DNA of 64,000 bases from Candidatus Multivorans sp. (GTDB taxonomy: Bacteria > Acidobacteriota > Thermoanaerobaculia > Multivoradales > Multivoraceae): NCBI GenBank assembly GCA_965224025.1, contig OZ245033.1, forward strand, positions 1,504,001 through 1,568,000. Reading direction: 5' to 3'. The translations under genes were made by a program, and so were the position numbers. Below are positions 1 to 9,665 of this stretch, piece by piece; the first letter of the stretch is position 1, and every line of letters begins with the position of its first letter. A model generated the notes under the pieces. That model was not told the origin of the DNA. It ran no database searches and saw only the letters and a list, made by a program, of their open reading frames with translations.

Positions 1-57
1 TAGCAGCGTGCGCGGCCGGAAGATCGGCGCACCCCATGTTCTGTGGCGCACGCTTGT
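1..57. repeat. Short inverted-repeat element beginning at TAG (family also at 22375, 44744, 48075, 50730)
   Basis: tagcagcgtgcgcggc...accccatgttctg is nearly identical to 22375-22432; arms agcgtgcgc / gcgcacgct pair. Confidence 0.6.
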
Positions 58-150
58 ATGGAACAAGCCCTTTCCTGTGCGTCAGCGCGGCGCGGACGCC
101 GCGACTTGACTCCTAGGGTGGCTGCTTCGGCGCCCGTTGCTTCTTCCTCC

Positions 151-594
151 ATGTCTGAGTTCGGGGTACTCGAAGAGACCCACCTGACGTTCAGGCTCGC
201 GCCTGAAATGGAACTCCAGGCGCGGGCCAGCGCCTGCGCGGTGGCGAAGTCCATACGGATGAGCACCGACAAGGTCGAGGAAGTGGGCATGGCTGTGGTC
301 GAGGCGTGCATCAACGCGATCGAACACAGCGGGGCCGCCGACGGCCAGTTGCATCTCGCGTTGGCGGTGTTGGGGCCGGCGGAGGCGGACGATCCGCGTG
401 TGCTGCGGATCACGATCCAGGACGACGGAATTGGATTCGATCCCTCCAAGGTGGTACAACCGAGAATTGAGGACAACCTCACGTCGATGCGAAAGCGCGG
501 ATGGGGCTTGAAGATCATCGAGGGCTTGATGGACGAGGTGAACGTGCTCTCGGGTGAGGGCGGCACATCAGTCGTCATGTCGAAGGCGCGCTGA
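151..594 (+). CDS. rsbW: Anti-sigma factor / Ser kinase, RsbW-like (HATPase_c_2)
   Basis: EACINAIEHS N-box, IQDDGIGFDP G1 and RGWGLKII G2 motifs; followed by STAS and PP2C genes; ATG at 151 chosen within ORF 43..594. Confidence 0.85.
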   Translation: MSEFGVLEETHLTFRLAPEMELQARASACAVAKSIRMSTDKVEEVGMAVVEACINAIEHSGAADGQLHLALAVLGPAEADDPRVLRITIQDDGIGFDPSKVVQPRIEDNLTSMRKRGWGLKIIEGLMDEVNVLSGEGGTSVVMSKAR

Positions 595-623
595 CGCATG
601 CGCGGGAGAGTTGGGTTGGGTCC

Positions 624-983
624 ATGACCGAGGGTCTCAAGTTGGACGTGGAACGCCGCCAGGATCTGGCGGTGATCTACACGGACGGCTACATCAACAA
701 CCAGGGGGGCGAGGAGATCGCCGAGGCCGCCTATGCTTTGCTGGACGACGGCTACAGGTCGCTGCTGCTCAACCTCCAGGGCACGAAGATCGTCAACTCG
801 ATCGGGATCTCGATCCTGATCGAGATCATCGAGAAGATGATTGAGGTGAAGGGGCGTCTGTCGTTCTGCAATCTCACGCCGACGATCGAGAAGACGTTCC
901 ACATCATGGGCCTGGCGCAGTACTCGACGATCTACCCGGACGAGCAGGCGGCAGTCACTGAACTCCAGTCGGGTCCGTCCTGA
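624..983 (+). CDS. rsbV: STAS-domain anti-sigma factor antagonist, RsbV-like
   Basis: 119 aa, LNLQGTKIVNSIGISIL (STAS phosphorylation-site motif), FHIMGL; operon context. Confidence 0.85.
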   Translation: MTEGLKLDVERRQDLAVIYTDGYINNQGGEEIAEAAYALLDDGYRSLLLNLQGTKIVNSIGISILIEIIEKMIEVKGRLSFCNLTPTIEKTFHIMGLAQYSTIYPDEQAAVTELQSGPS

Positions 984-1009
984 CTCACCGGACTGCCGAG
1001 CAACCCGCG

Positions 1010-2629
1010 GTGAGGCCGGCAGCGAGTCGCTCCGGGGGTGTCGGTGATCTGTGGCGGTTGGCGGCGGCAGCGAACGTCGCCGACTGGGAGAGCGGCGCGG
1101 TTCAGACACGGTTGGTGAGGCACTGGTGCCAGGCCCACGGATTGGGCGGCGCCCAGATCTGCCGGCGGGACGGTGGGCCGGTCGCGTCCTGGGGCGTGCT
1201 CGGCAAACGGGAGAGCAGTCTCGAGCACGACCTGGTGCTCTATTGCGCCGGGAACGACGAGGCGGTCGGCAGCGAGGACAGCCCCGGAATGGACAGCGGC
1301 AGGACGCCGGCGGGAAGCGAACTCGCGGGCATCCTGGCTCTGGGCCTGCGTTTGCGCGAGTTGGCGGACGAGCTGAAGGACCGCAAGTTCCACGACAACT
1401 ACAACGTGGTCACGCTGCAGGCAGTGTACGACGTGGGGTTGGCGATCGCTTCGACCCTGAACCTGGAGGAACTGACCGAGGAGATCCTGCTCCGCGCCGT
1501 GTCCTTGCTGGACGCCCGGGGCGGCGCCTTCTACCTGCAGGACGCGGAGGGCCGGCTGGCTCTGGCCGGGACGATCGGCGGCGGCGCCCGGGATGTCCTC
1601 GATGTGCCGCCGGTCGCCGGCTCGGACGGCGCCGTCCTGGAAGAAGCGGCGGCCGGCGTGATTCCGGCCGCCGAGCACTCACTCGCCGTGCCGATCGAGG
1701 GCGACGGCGGCAGCGGCAACGTCGGCCTGCTTGTGGTCGCCGACAAGGAGAGCCGAACCGGGATCGGGCCGTTCGCGGCCTCCGACCGCCGGGCGCTGTC
1801 CCTGTTCGCGAACCAGGCCGCCATCGCATTGACCAACGCGAACCTCCATCGCCAAGCCCTCGAGAAGGAGCGGCTGGAACGGGAGGTGGAACTTGCGGCC
1901 GAGATTCAGCGCAACATCCTGCCGTCCGCCATGCCGAGTGTCGGGTGCTTCGAGACGGTGGGCTGGAGCCGGCCCTCCCGCCAGGTCGGCGGCGACTACT
2001 ACGGTTCGCTTCAGCTCAGGGGTTCGCGCCGGGGGATGGTGGTCGCCGATGTCACCGGCAAGGGTATGCCGGCAGCCCTCCTGGTCTCCACCCTGGATTC
2101 AGCGCTCCGTCTGCTGGTCGAGGATTCCCGTCCCGGCGGCGAAGGCGTCCCCGTGGAGACGTCGGCCGAGCTGTTCGAGCGCCTGAACAAGCACATCGTC
2201 GAGTCGAGCGCCAGCAACCGCTTCATCACCCTGATCCTGGTGGAGGTGGATCCGCACAAGCGCTCCGTTCGCTACGTCAACGCCGGACACAACCCGGGGC
2301 TGCTGGTGCGCCGGAGCGGAGACGTGACGCCGCTTGTCGCCAGCGGATTGCCTCTGGGGCTGTTTCCCAGCGCGACGTACCGGGTCGACGACGTGGAGAT
2401 GGAACCGGGCGACCTGGTCTGTCTCTACAGCGACGGCATCACGGAGTGCGAGTCGGTGGCGGAAGAAGAGTACGGGCAGGAGCGGTTGGAAACGTTTCTG
2501 CGGGAGAGGCGTGACAGGCCGCTGGCCGAGATCGTCCGTGCCATCGACGACGAGGTCAGCCGTTTCGGGGCCGGGCTGCCGCAGGGCGACGACCAGACCG
2601 TCGTGCTGATCCGCTGTCGTGCCGCCTGA
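1010..2629 (+). CDS. rsbU: GAF + SpoIIE/PP2C serine phosphatase, RsbU-like
   Basis: AAEIQRNILP, VGGDYY, VADVTGKGMPAAL, NAGHNP, LYSDGITE, DDQTVV motifs; start approximate. Confidence 0.88.
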   Translation: MRPAASRSGGVGDLWRLAAAANVADWESGAVQTRLVRHWCQAHGLGGAQICRRDGGPVASWGVLGKRESSLEHDLVLYCAGNDEAVGSEDSPGMDSGRTPAGSELAGILALGLRLRELADELKDRKFHDNYNVVTLQAVYDVGLAIASTLNLEELTEEILLRAVSLLDARGGAFYLQDAEGRLALAGTIGGGARDVLDVPPVAGSDGAVLEEAAAGVIPAAEHSLAVPIEGDGGSGNVGLLVVADKESRTGIGPFAASDRRALSLFANQAAIALTNANLHRQALEKERLEREVELAAEIQRNILPSAMPSVGCFETVGWSRPSRQVGGDYYGSLQLRGSRRGMVVADVTGKGMPAALLVSTLDSALRLLVEDSRPGGEGVPVETSAELFERLNKHIVESSASNRFITLILVEVDPHKRSVRYVNAGHNPGLLVRRSGDVTPLVASGLPLGLFPSATYRVDDVEMEPGDLVCLYSDGITECESVAEEEYGQERLETFLRERRDRPLAEIVRAIDDEVSRFGAGLPQGDDQTVVLIRCRAA

Positions 2630-2853
2630 TCCGCGGTCAGCGCCGCGGAAGTCCCCAGGCGGGGGTGAGGCCGTCCGGCCTCGTTGCGGCTGCCCCGGCG
2701 CCGCCGCTTCGCTTTGCTCTGGGCAGAGCCGTGTCCAGCAACTCGTCTCGGCGATCGACGATCCGGCACGGGATTTGCCTATCATAGGGAGTCGTGTACT
2801 CGTTGAGCAGCTCGCCGCGGAACGGAGGGGCGCGTCACTTGCACCCCTGGAGA

Positions 2854-3585
2854 ATGCGGGTTCTTGGCGCCGCCGCCTGTTTGTGCGCGCCTCTCGGGGT
2901 CGCGGCGCAGCCGAACGTCGAAGTCGACTACTTCGCCTCGCAGCGGAGGGTGATGGTCGACGAGCAGATTCGGGGCCGGGGTATCGAGGAGCCGCGGTTG
3001 TTGAACGCGCTGGAGACGGTGCCCCGCCATGAGTTCGTGCCTGAGGGTTTGCGGGACGAGGCGTACCGCGACGAACCGCTGCAAATCGGTTCCGGCCAGA
3101 CCGTGTCGCAGCCCTACCTGGTGGCGCTGATGGCCGACCTCCTGGAGCTCGACGGCGACGAGAAGCTGCTGGAGATCGGCACCGGTTCGGGGTACACGAC
3201 TGCGGTTCTGGCGCATCTCGCGCGTCGCGTGTACACGATCGAGATCATCGACGACCTGGCGGAGAGGGCGCGGACCGTGCTCGACGAACTGGGCTACGGC
3301 AACGTCGAGGTGCGCGTGGATGACGGTTACCGGGGCTGGCCGGAGGAGGCGCCGTTCGACGGCATTCTGGTCTCCGCGGCGCCGTCCGAGGTGCCGCCGC
3401 CCCTGCTCGAGCAGCTCAAGGTGAACGGCGTCCTGGTGGCGCCGGTGGGTCGAACCCTCCAGGATCTGGTTGTGATCCGGAAGACCGCCGACGGCCTGGT
3501 GCGCCGCCAGGTCGACGTCGTGCGCTTCGTGCCCATGGTCGGGCGCGCGCAGGAAGACCCGGAGGGAGAGAACCCGAACTTCTGA
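2854..3585 (+). CDS. pcm: Protein-L-isoaspartate O-methyltransferase
   Basis: VPRHEFVP, GQTVSQPYLVA, LEIGTGSGY, GWPEEAPFD, VRFVPM; signal-peptide-like N-terminus from ATG 2854. Confidence 0.93.
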   Translation: MRVLGAAACLCAPLGVAAQPNVEVDYFASQRRVMVDEQIRGRGIEEPRLLNALETVPRHEFVPEGLRDEAYRDEPLQIGSGQTVSQPYLVALMADLLELDGDEKLLEIGTGSGYTTAVLAHLARRVYTIEIIDDLAERARTVLDELGYGNVEVRVDDGYRGWPEEAPFDGILVSAAPSEVPPPLLEQLKVNGVLVAPVGRTLQDLVVIRKTADGLVRRQVDVVRFVPMVGRAQEDPEGENPNF

Positions 3586-3589
3586 GTGG

Positions 3590-3665
3590 TGGTGGAGCAG
3601 AAGGGACTTGAACCCTCGACCCCCACGTTGCGAACGTGGTGCTCTCCCAACTGAGCTACTGCCCC
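3590..3665 (-). tRNA. tRNA-Ala(CGC)
   Basis: Reverse complement GGGGCAGTAGCTCAGTTGGGAGAGCACCACGTTCGCAACGTGGGGGTCGAGGGTTCAAGTCCCTTCTGCTCCACCA: cloverleaf, G3:U70, anticodon CGC, encoded CCA. Confidence 0.96.
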
Positions 3666-3800
3666 ACAGGCTTGCCCCCGAGGCCCGGGGGCGCCGGATT
3701 GTAGCAGCGCCGCAGTGTATGATCGGCGAGCGTGGCGGCGATGCCGTGTTCGTCGTCGTCGGATAGCCGTAACTGACTGACTACCAAGAAGAAAGCGGAC

Positions 3801-4187
3801 ATGAGTAACGCGAAGAAGAATGAGGCGGACGGCGACAGCAATGTGACTTCGATGGATCTGGCCCGCGAGGCGGTCGCCGAAGGCGTGGAGAAGGCGCGCT
3901 CGGCGGTCACTCACCGCGTCGATGCGGCGCGCGAGCGGGTGCGCGACTCGAAGCTCTCGGATCGGGTCAAGAAGGCGTCGGATCGGGCCGGCGAGGCGGC
4001 CCGCGAGGGCTACGGCGCCGCCAAGGAGAAACTGGGCCACGGCTACGAACGGGCGCGCAAGGATCTGGATCAACTGGTCGGCGACGTGAACGTGTACGTC
4101 CGCGACAACCCCGGCCGTTCCGTGCTGATCGCTGCGGGCGTGGGCTTCGTCCTTGGGTTCCTCCTGCGTCGTGACCGCCGCGCCTGA
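3801..4187 (+). CDS. DUF883 / ElaB-YqjD family tail-anchored protein
   Basis: Helical charged N-terminus, C-terminal YVRDNPGRSVLIAAGVGFVLGFLLRR. Confidence 0.85.
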   Translation: MSNAKKNEADGDSNVTSMDLAREAVAEGVEKARSAVTHRVDAARERVRDSKLSDRVKKASDRAGEAAREGYGAAKEKLGHGYERARKDLDQLVGDVNVYVRDNPGRSVLIAAGVGFVLGFLLRRDRRA

Positions 4188-4401
4188 ACAGCCCGCGATC
4201 GAGGATCGGATCGTCGGTAGTCTGACGCCCGGTCTTGACTGGGTGTCCGTGGTCCGGACCTATCCGCTGGCCTCGGTTGCGGTGGCCGCGTCGATCGGTT
4301 TCCTGATCGGGCGCGCTCGCGGGCGGCAGATCATGGGCATCCTCGGTGACCTCGCCGGCGAGCGGGTCGACGAGAGCGTGCGAAGTTTCCTCGTTCGGTA
4401 A
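4171..4401 (+). CDS. Small membrane protein, DUF883-like C-terminal motif
   Basis: VRTYPLASVAVAASIGFLIGR resembles the YqjD tail; GTG start overlapping the end of the upstream gene. Confidence 0.55.
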   Translation: MTAAPEQPAIEDRIVGSLTPGLDWVSVVRTYPLASVAVAASIGFLIGRARGRQIMGILGDLAGERVDESVRSFLVR

Positions 4402-4441
4402 CAACTCCTTCGGCCCCAGGTTGTCCGGGGTCGCTCCAGCG

Positions 4442-5254
4442 GTGCGCCGCCTGCTCCATCTCTCCGATATCCACTTCGGGCCGCCTCACTATGAGCCGGC
4501 GGCAGCCGGGGTGGAAGCGCTGGTCAGGGAGCGCCGGCCCGACTTGGTCGTCGTATCGGGAGACCTGACCCAGCGCGCCAGGGCGCGTCAGTTCCGGCAG
4601 GCGCGCCGGTTCCTCGAGGGCCTGAGACGTCCCTTTCTGGCCGTGCCGGGCAATCACGACGTGCCCATGTACCGGTTCTGGGAGCGGCTGTTCGACCGCT
4701 ACGGCGCCTACCGCCGGCACTTCAGCACCGACCTGGAGCCGGTCTTCTCGGACGAAGAGCTGGAGGTCGTCGGTTTCAACACGGCGTTCAACCTGACCAT
4801 CGGCAACGGCCGTTTCACGGGTAGGCAGTTGGCGGGCGTGCGCGAACGGTTCAGAGGGCCGGCGCACTCAGTCCACGGTTCTCCGGTGCGGATCGCGGTC
4901 GCCCACCATCCGCTGGCGGCCCTGCCCGAACTCATGGGCTGGCGCACGGCGCGCCGCAGCGACGAGGCGCTGGCCGCGTTCGCCGCGGCCGGTGTCGACC
5001 TGGTCCTGTCCGGCCACGTCCACGTGGCAGCGGTCGGGCAGGCGCTGAGCTGCGCGCGCCGGCTGTGGCTGGTGCACAGCGGGACGTCCACCTCCGGGCG
5101 CGGCCGGGGAGCGGAGCGGGGCAGGAACAGTTGCAACTGGATCACCCTGGAGACGCGGCCGGAGGGCCGCACGGCCCGGGTCGAGCAACTGGTCTGGTGG
5201 GAGGATCGCGGCCGCTTCGAAGTCGAAACGGTCCACGACTGCGCGCTGGCGTGA
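4442..5254 (+). CDS. Metallophosphoesterase (calcineurin-like)
   Basis: HLSDIH, VSGDLT, VPGNHD, AHHP, LSGHVH motifs. Confidence 0.9.
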   Translation: MRRLLHLSDIHFGPPHYEPAAAGVEALVRERRPDLVVVSGDLTQRARARQFRQARRFLEGLRRPFLAVPGNHDVPMYRFWERLFDRYGAYRRHFSTDLEPVFSDEELEVVGFNTAFNLTIGNGRFTGRQLAGVRERFRGPAHSVHGSPVRIAVAHHPLAALPELMGWRTARRSDEALAAFAAAGVDLVLSGHVHVAAVGQALSCARRLWLVHSGTSTSGRGRGAERGRNSCNWITLETRPEGRTARVEQLVWWEDRGRFEVETVHDCALA

Positions 5255-5295
5255 CGACGATCGAGCGGCGTGACGACGATTGAACTTGCGCGACC

Positions 5296-6666
5296 ATGAT
5301 TGACTTGGAGGCGTTCGACCGGGTAACCGCCGAGGCGGAGACGCTGGACAACGGTCTGTCAGTCGTTCTGCTGCCCCAGGCGGACGCCGAATCGATCGTC
5401 ACGGTGGTGTGCTATCGCGCCGGCAGCCGGGACGAGGGTTCAGACGAGACCGGTCTCGCCCACTTCCTGGAGCACATGATGTTCAAGGGGTCGGCGCTCT
5501 ACCCGCCGGGCGCCATCGACCGCGTGACCCAGGGTCTCGGCGGCACGAACAACGCCTTCACGTCGCACGACGTCAGCGCGTACCACTGTCAGTTCGAACG
5601 CGACTCCTGGGGGGAGGCTCTCAAGATCGAGGCGGATCGGATGCGGAGTCTGAGGCTGCTGCCGGAAGAGGTTGAAAGCGAGCGCGAGGTCATCCTCGAA
5701 GAGATCCGGATGGTCGAGGACGATCCCTGGGACGTCCTGGAGCAGGCGGTGGCGCGGCGCGTCTTCGGCGGCCATCCCTACGGCCGCCCGGTGCTGGGTA
5801 CCAGGCGGAGCCTTCGCGGGCTGGACGCCGCGTCCCTCGGCTCCTTCCACCGCCGCCACTACCGGCCGGGCCGCGCCGTCCTGGTCGCGGCCGGAGGCCT
5901 GCCGCCGGACGCGATGGAGCGGATCGAGGCCGCGTTCTGCAACGGGCGTCCCGGCGGCGCGGGCGTCCTGCTCGCATCCGCTGGAGACGCCCCTGGGAAC
6001 GCGGGCATCCTGCCCGCATCCGCTGGAGACGTTCCCGGCAGCGCGGGCACCCTGCCTGCATCCGACTGCCGCGCCGCTCTCCACCCGCCGACCTTCGACG
6101 CCGCGCCCTCGCGCCGGATCGAACTGCACCGAGGCGAGACCGCGCGGCTCCTGGTCGCCCATCCTGCGCCCGCGGCCGGCGATCCGCTGTCCGTCCACGT
6201 TCGCCTCGCGTTGTGTGTCCTCGCCAGTGGACGCGCGAGCCGCATCCAGCGCGATCTGGTCGAACAGGACCCGTTGGCGCTCTGGGCCGCTTGCGGGTCC
6301 AGCGGTCACCGGCTCGGCGGCATGTCGACCCTGGCCGCGGAGGCGGCGGTTGGCGTCGAGCCCGCGCGGCTCGAGGCCGAGGTGTGCGCGCGGATCGACG
6401 CGCTTGCCGCGAGCCCGCCGTCCGTTGAGGAACTCGAGCGGGCGAAGCGGGTCCTGTTCGCCGACTGGGTCTTCATGCACGAGCGGATCGCGGAGCGGGC
6501 GGTCTCGGCCGCCCTCGAGCACGCCCTCTTCTTCCCCGGCTTCAGCCGCGACTCGTACGAGGTGCTCGCTCGCGCCACCGCCGCCGATGTCTCCAATGTC
6601 TGTGCGCTCTGGCTGTCCCCGGCGACCCGGATCGTCGGCTGGTCGCTGCCCGACGGCCCGCCGTGA
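5296..6666 (+). CDS. M16 family zinc peptidase (catalytic subunit)
   Basis: TLDNGL, GLAHFLEHMMFKG (HxxEH), NAFTS, HPYGRPVLG. Confidence 0.92.
   Translation: MIDLEAFDRVTAEAETLDNGLSVVLLPQADAESIVTVVCYRAGSRDEGSDETGLAHFLEHMMFKGSALYPPGAIDRVTQGLGGTNNAFTSHDVSAYHCQFERDSWGEALKIEADRMRSLRLLPEEVESEREVILEEIRMVEDDPWDVLEQAVARRVFGGHPYGRPVLGTRRSLRGLDAASLGSFHRRHYRPGRAVLVAAGGLPPDAMERIEAAFCNGRPGGAGVLLASAGDAPGNAGILPASAGDVPGSAGTLPASDCRAALHPPTFDAAPSRRIELHRGETARLLVAHPAPAAGDPLSVHVRLALCVLASGRASRIQRDLVEQDPLALWAACGSSGHRLGGMSTLAAEAAVGVEPARLEAEVCARIDALAASPPSVEELERAKRVLFADWVFMHERIAERAVSAALEHALFFPGFSRDSYEVLARATAADVSNVCALWLSPATRIVGWSLPDGPP
5953..6064. repeat. Three 42-bp tandem REP-like palindromes inside the M16 coding sequence
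   Basis: Core GCGGGC-n5-GCCCGCATC at 5959, 6001, 6043 (period 42 = 14 codons). Confidence 0.8.
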
Positions 6667-6691
6667 CCGCCGACCGCCTCGTTGCCCCTTT

Positions 6692-6761
6692 CTGGGAACG
6701 CGGGCGTCTCGCCCGCATCGGGGCGCTCCGGCCCTGGGAACGCGGGCGTCTCGCCAGCATT
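6692..6761. repeat. Two 42-bp-spaced copies of the same REP-like palindrome, intergenic
   Basis: ctgggaacgcgggcgtctcgcc(c/a)gcat with cores at 6700 and 6742. Confidence 0.8.
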
Positions 6762-6805
6762 CTGTGCAAGGCGCCGGTCCGATTGGATCGACGGCCGATC
6801 TGGCG

Positions 6806-8128
6806 GTGTCCGTGACGCCCGAGGTAGTCGACCGAGAGCCTTCGCGCCTCGACCTGTGGTCCGGCCGGTTGCGCCTTGCCGCGCTGCGCGTGCCGGGCGC
6901 CGGCGTCGTTGCGGCACGGGCTTGGCTGCGCGGCGGCGCCCGCCTCGAGCCGTTGCCCGGCCTGTCGTTGCTGTGCGGCCGCATGCTGGTCGAGGGCACC
7001 GCGCGCCGGACCTGGCGCGAGATCGCTGAACAGTCCGAGGCGCGCGGCGTCTCGCTGGGCGGCTTCGCGACCGCGGAGGTCCATGGCGTCACGGTCGATG
7101 CGCTGGCTGACGATGCCGGGCTGGCGCTCGAATGGCTGGCCGAACTCGTGCTCGAACCCGGTTTCGAGCGGGCCCGCTTCGAGCTGCTGCGCGACCAGAC
7201 CCTGGGCGAAGTCCGGAGCCTGGCCGATCGGCCCGAGGTGGTCACCGGCTGGGCCTTCCGCGATCAGCTCTACCATCCGCATCCGCTGGCGTCGCCCAGC
7301 CAGGGGACGAGCGAGTCGCTGGTCCGGTTGACGCGGGACGACTGCCAGGGCTTTCACCAAAATGCCCTGGCGCGCGGCGGCGTGATCGCGGTGGCCGGCG
7401 ACATCGACGAGAAGGCGGTGCTGGCGGACCTGGAACGCTTGTTCGAGAGCGCCGGCGCCGTCGAACCCGCGACGCCAGGGGATGCGCCGGCCCTTCGGCC
7501 GGCACCCGCCGGAGGCGGAATCCCGGGCGGTGAACCGCCGAAGCCGCGCGGTCGGGCTGAACGCCGTATCGAGGTCGCCACCGGTTCACGCGAGCAGGCG
7601 CACGTGAACGCCGGGCACTTCACGGTCGACCGGCGACATCCCGATCTGCCGGAACTGCGCGCGCTGGGCATCCTGCTCGGGTCCGACGGTCTGGCTGGCC
7701 TGATTCCCAACCGCATTCGCGAGCAGGAGGGCCTGGCCTATGCCACTCACGTCGATCTGCTCGCCGGCGCCGGCAGCGATCCGGGTGCGTTCTCGGTCTA
7801 CCTTGGCACCCACCCCGATCACGTTGAGCGCGGCCTCGAGTTGGTGCGCGAGTCGCTTGCCGAGGTGCTCGAGCGGCCACCCGATCCGGTTGCTCTCGAA
7901 ACGTGCAAGACCGGCATGTTCGGCCGCGAACCGTTCCGGAGGGAGACCGCCGGCCTGTGGGCCGGACAGCTCGTCGACGCGCTGCTCTTCGACCTGCCGA
8001 GCTACCGGCGTTCGTGGCGGCTCGAACGGATCGAACGGCTCAGCCCCGAGGGCGTCTTCGAGGCTGGGCAGCGGCACATCGACCCGGAACGGTTGCGGGT
8101 GACGGTGGGCTTTCCGGCCCGGCAGTAG
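6806..8128 (+). CDS. M16 family peptidase, non-catalytic partner subunit
   Basis: M16-like motifs (YHPHPLASPSQGT, IAVAGDID, IREQEGLAY) without HxxEH; start inferred at GTG 6806 within ORF 5672..8128. Confidence 0.82.
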   Translation: MSVTPEVVDREPSRLDLWSGRLRLAALRVPGAGVVAARAWLRGGARLEPLPGLSLLCGRMLVEGTARRTWREIAEQSEARGVSLGGFATAEVHGVTVDALADDAGLALEWLAELVLEPGFERARFELLRDQTLGEVRSLADRPEVVTGWAFRDQLYHPHPLASPSQGTSESLVRLTRDDCQGFHQNALARGGVIAVAGDIDEKAVLADLERLFESAGAVEPATPGDAPALRPAPAGGGIPGGEPPKPRGRAERRIEVATGSREQAHVNAGHFTVDRRHPDLPELRALGILLGSDGLAGLIPNRIREQEGLAYATHVDLLAGAGSDPGAFSVYLGTHPDHVERGLELVRESLAEVLERPPDPVALETCKTGMFGREPFRRETAGLWAGQLVDALLFDLPSYRRSWRLERIERLSPEGVFEAGQRHIDPERLRVTVGFPARQ

Positions 8129-8188
8129 AGCCGCCGAATCCCTCGCAGGTCCGGTGTTTGGCCCCGGCCCCACCTCACCAGGAGGCTT

Positions 8189-8332
8189 CGCAGCGGACTC
8201 GCTGCGCTGCCGCGCATGGAACTGGCCGCGGACTGCGTGCGCCGGCCTGCCATCCGTGCGCCCGATGACGGGCGCACGGAGTGGTTCGCGGGCGGCGCGG
8301 ATCGCGCCACCCGGGTTCTGGCCGGCATCCGC
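8189..8332. repeat. ~144-bp multi-hairpin dispersed repeat, copy 1
   Basis: Highly similar to 9523-9665 and partially to 52517-52587; hairpins cgcagcg/cgctgcg, ccgtgcgcccg/cgggcgcacgg, ggcgcg/cgcgcc. Confidence 0.85.
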
Positions 8333-8420
8333 AGGCACGACCGCACGGCCGAACGATGATGCCGCCGACCATCTGAGGTCATGTCGCACGTTCGCGCTCT
8401 TTGCGCATAGGATCCTCGCC

Positions 8421-9464
8421 ATGGCCGAGCCCGCCCGCGCTGCGCGAACGCCGCCGCCCGAAGAGCGGCGCGATCCGGAACAGGCGCCGCTCGAAGCGGC
8501 CGACTTTCCCGGCTGCCGGGCGGTCCGGATAGCGCCCGGGGAGATCGAGGACCACGAGGGCCGCGTGGAGTACTGGGAGGCGCGCACCGGGACCGCGATG
8601 GTGGTCTGCGAGACCACCACGTTCCACGAACAGCCGGCGCAGCGGCTGGCGCGACTGGCCGAGCGGATAACGGCTTCGAGGGGATCGCCGATCGAGACGT
8701 TCGGAACGGCGGCCCTGGCGCGCTTCTACCTTGGCGGCGAGTTGCGGGTGTTCATGCAGGCGGACCAGATCCTCTACCTGCACCCGCCTTCCGCCGAAGA
8801 GCTGACGCCGAGGGTCGAAGTGGACGGCGAGGATCTGCCGGACGTCGTCCTGGAGGTCGACTACTCCACCGACGTCCGGGTGCGCAAGCTGCCGCTGTAC
8901 GAGGCGTGGGGTTTTCCCGAGGTCTGGGTCGATGTGCCGGACGCGCGCTCGCGGAGTCGCCCGAAGTCCCGGCGCTCGGGTTTGACGATCCACGTGCTCG
9001 AAGGCGGCCGTTTCCACCCGGCGAAGCGCAGCCGGGCGTTCCCGGGCTGGACGGCGGAAGAGATCCACAGGGCGTTGAACGAAGACGCGATGTCGGCATC
9101 GACGGCGGCCGCGCTGCATCGGGTCGGCGCCGCCATGGGCGCCGCCGAAGGCGCCGGCCCGGACGACGATCCCTGGTTGCGGCGTTACCGTGACGAGGGC
9201 CGTGGCGAGGGTCACGCCGACGGTCGCGCCGAGGGCCGCGCCGAGGGTCGCGCCGAGACACGGTACGAGTCGGTCATCGCCGTCCTCGCGGAACGCGGCA
9301 TCGCGACCACGCAGGCCTTGCCGGCGCGCATTGCGGAACTCGGGGAGATTCCGTTGACCGTGTTGGTGCGGGCCGCGCTCCGTTGCGCGAGCGAGAGGGA
9401 GTTCCTGGAGCTCTGCGCCGCAAAGCGGCGCCGCCCGCAGGCCCGTGACCTGGGCGGCCCTTGA
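8421..9464 (+). CDS. Uma2/DUF820 family PD-(D/E)XK endonuclease with EGRAEG repeat tail
   Basis: QADQILY, LPDVVLEVD, KLPLYEAWGFPEVW; C-terminal EGRGEGHADGRAEGRAEGRAE. Confidence 0.85.
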   Translation: MAEPARAARTPPPEERRDPEQAPLEAADFPGCRAVRIAPGEIEDHEGRVEYWEARTGTAMVVCETTTFHEQPAQRLARLAERITASRGSPIETFGTAALARFYLGGELRVFMQADQILYLHPPSAEELTPRVEVDGEDLPDVVLEVDYSTDVRVRKLPLYEAWGFPEVWVDVPDARSRSRPKSRRSGLTIHVLEGGRFHPAKRSRAFPGWTAEEIHRALNEDAMSASTAAALHRVGAAMGAAEGAGPDDDPWLRRYRDEGRGEGHADGRAEGRAEGRAETRYESVIAVLAERGIATTQALPARIAELGEIPLTVLVRAALRCASEREFLELCAAKRRRPQARDLGGP

Positions 9465-9522
9465 TGCCTCCCGTTCCCTGAGCTGCTGGCGATGCGGGTG
9501 AGCGCTCTCACCTTGGAGTACC

Positions 9523-9665
9523 CGCAGCGGACTCGCTGCGCCGCCGCGCATGGAACCGGCCGCCACTGGGTCCGCCGGCCTGCCATCCGTGCGCCCGACG
9601 ACGGGCGCGCGGAGTGGTTCGCGGGTGGCGCGGATCGCGCCACCCGGGTTCTGGCCGGCATCCGC
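9523..9665. repeat. ~144-bp multi-hairpin dispersed repeat, copy 2 (direct orientation with copy 1)
   Basis: Aligns with 8189-8332 with only a few substitutions and small indels. Confidence 0.85.

Noticed and set aside
5672-6805. N-terminal extension of the 818-aa ORF
   Set aside because: Overlaps the real M16 gene in another frame and gives low-complexity Arg/Pro/Ser sequence; recognisable M16 features begin near 6806.
5296-8128. M16 pair with one subunit lacking HxxEH as a novel system
   Set aside because: Catalytic plus non-catalytic M16B heterodimers are well known.
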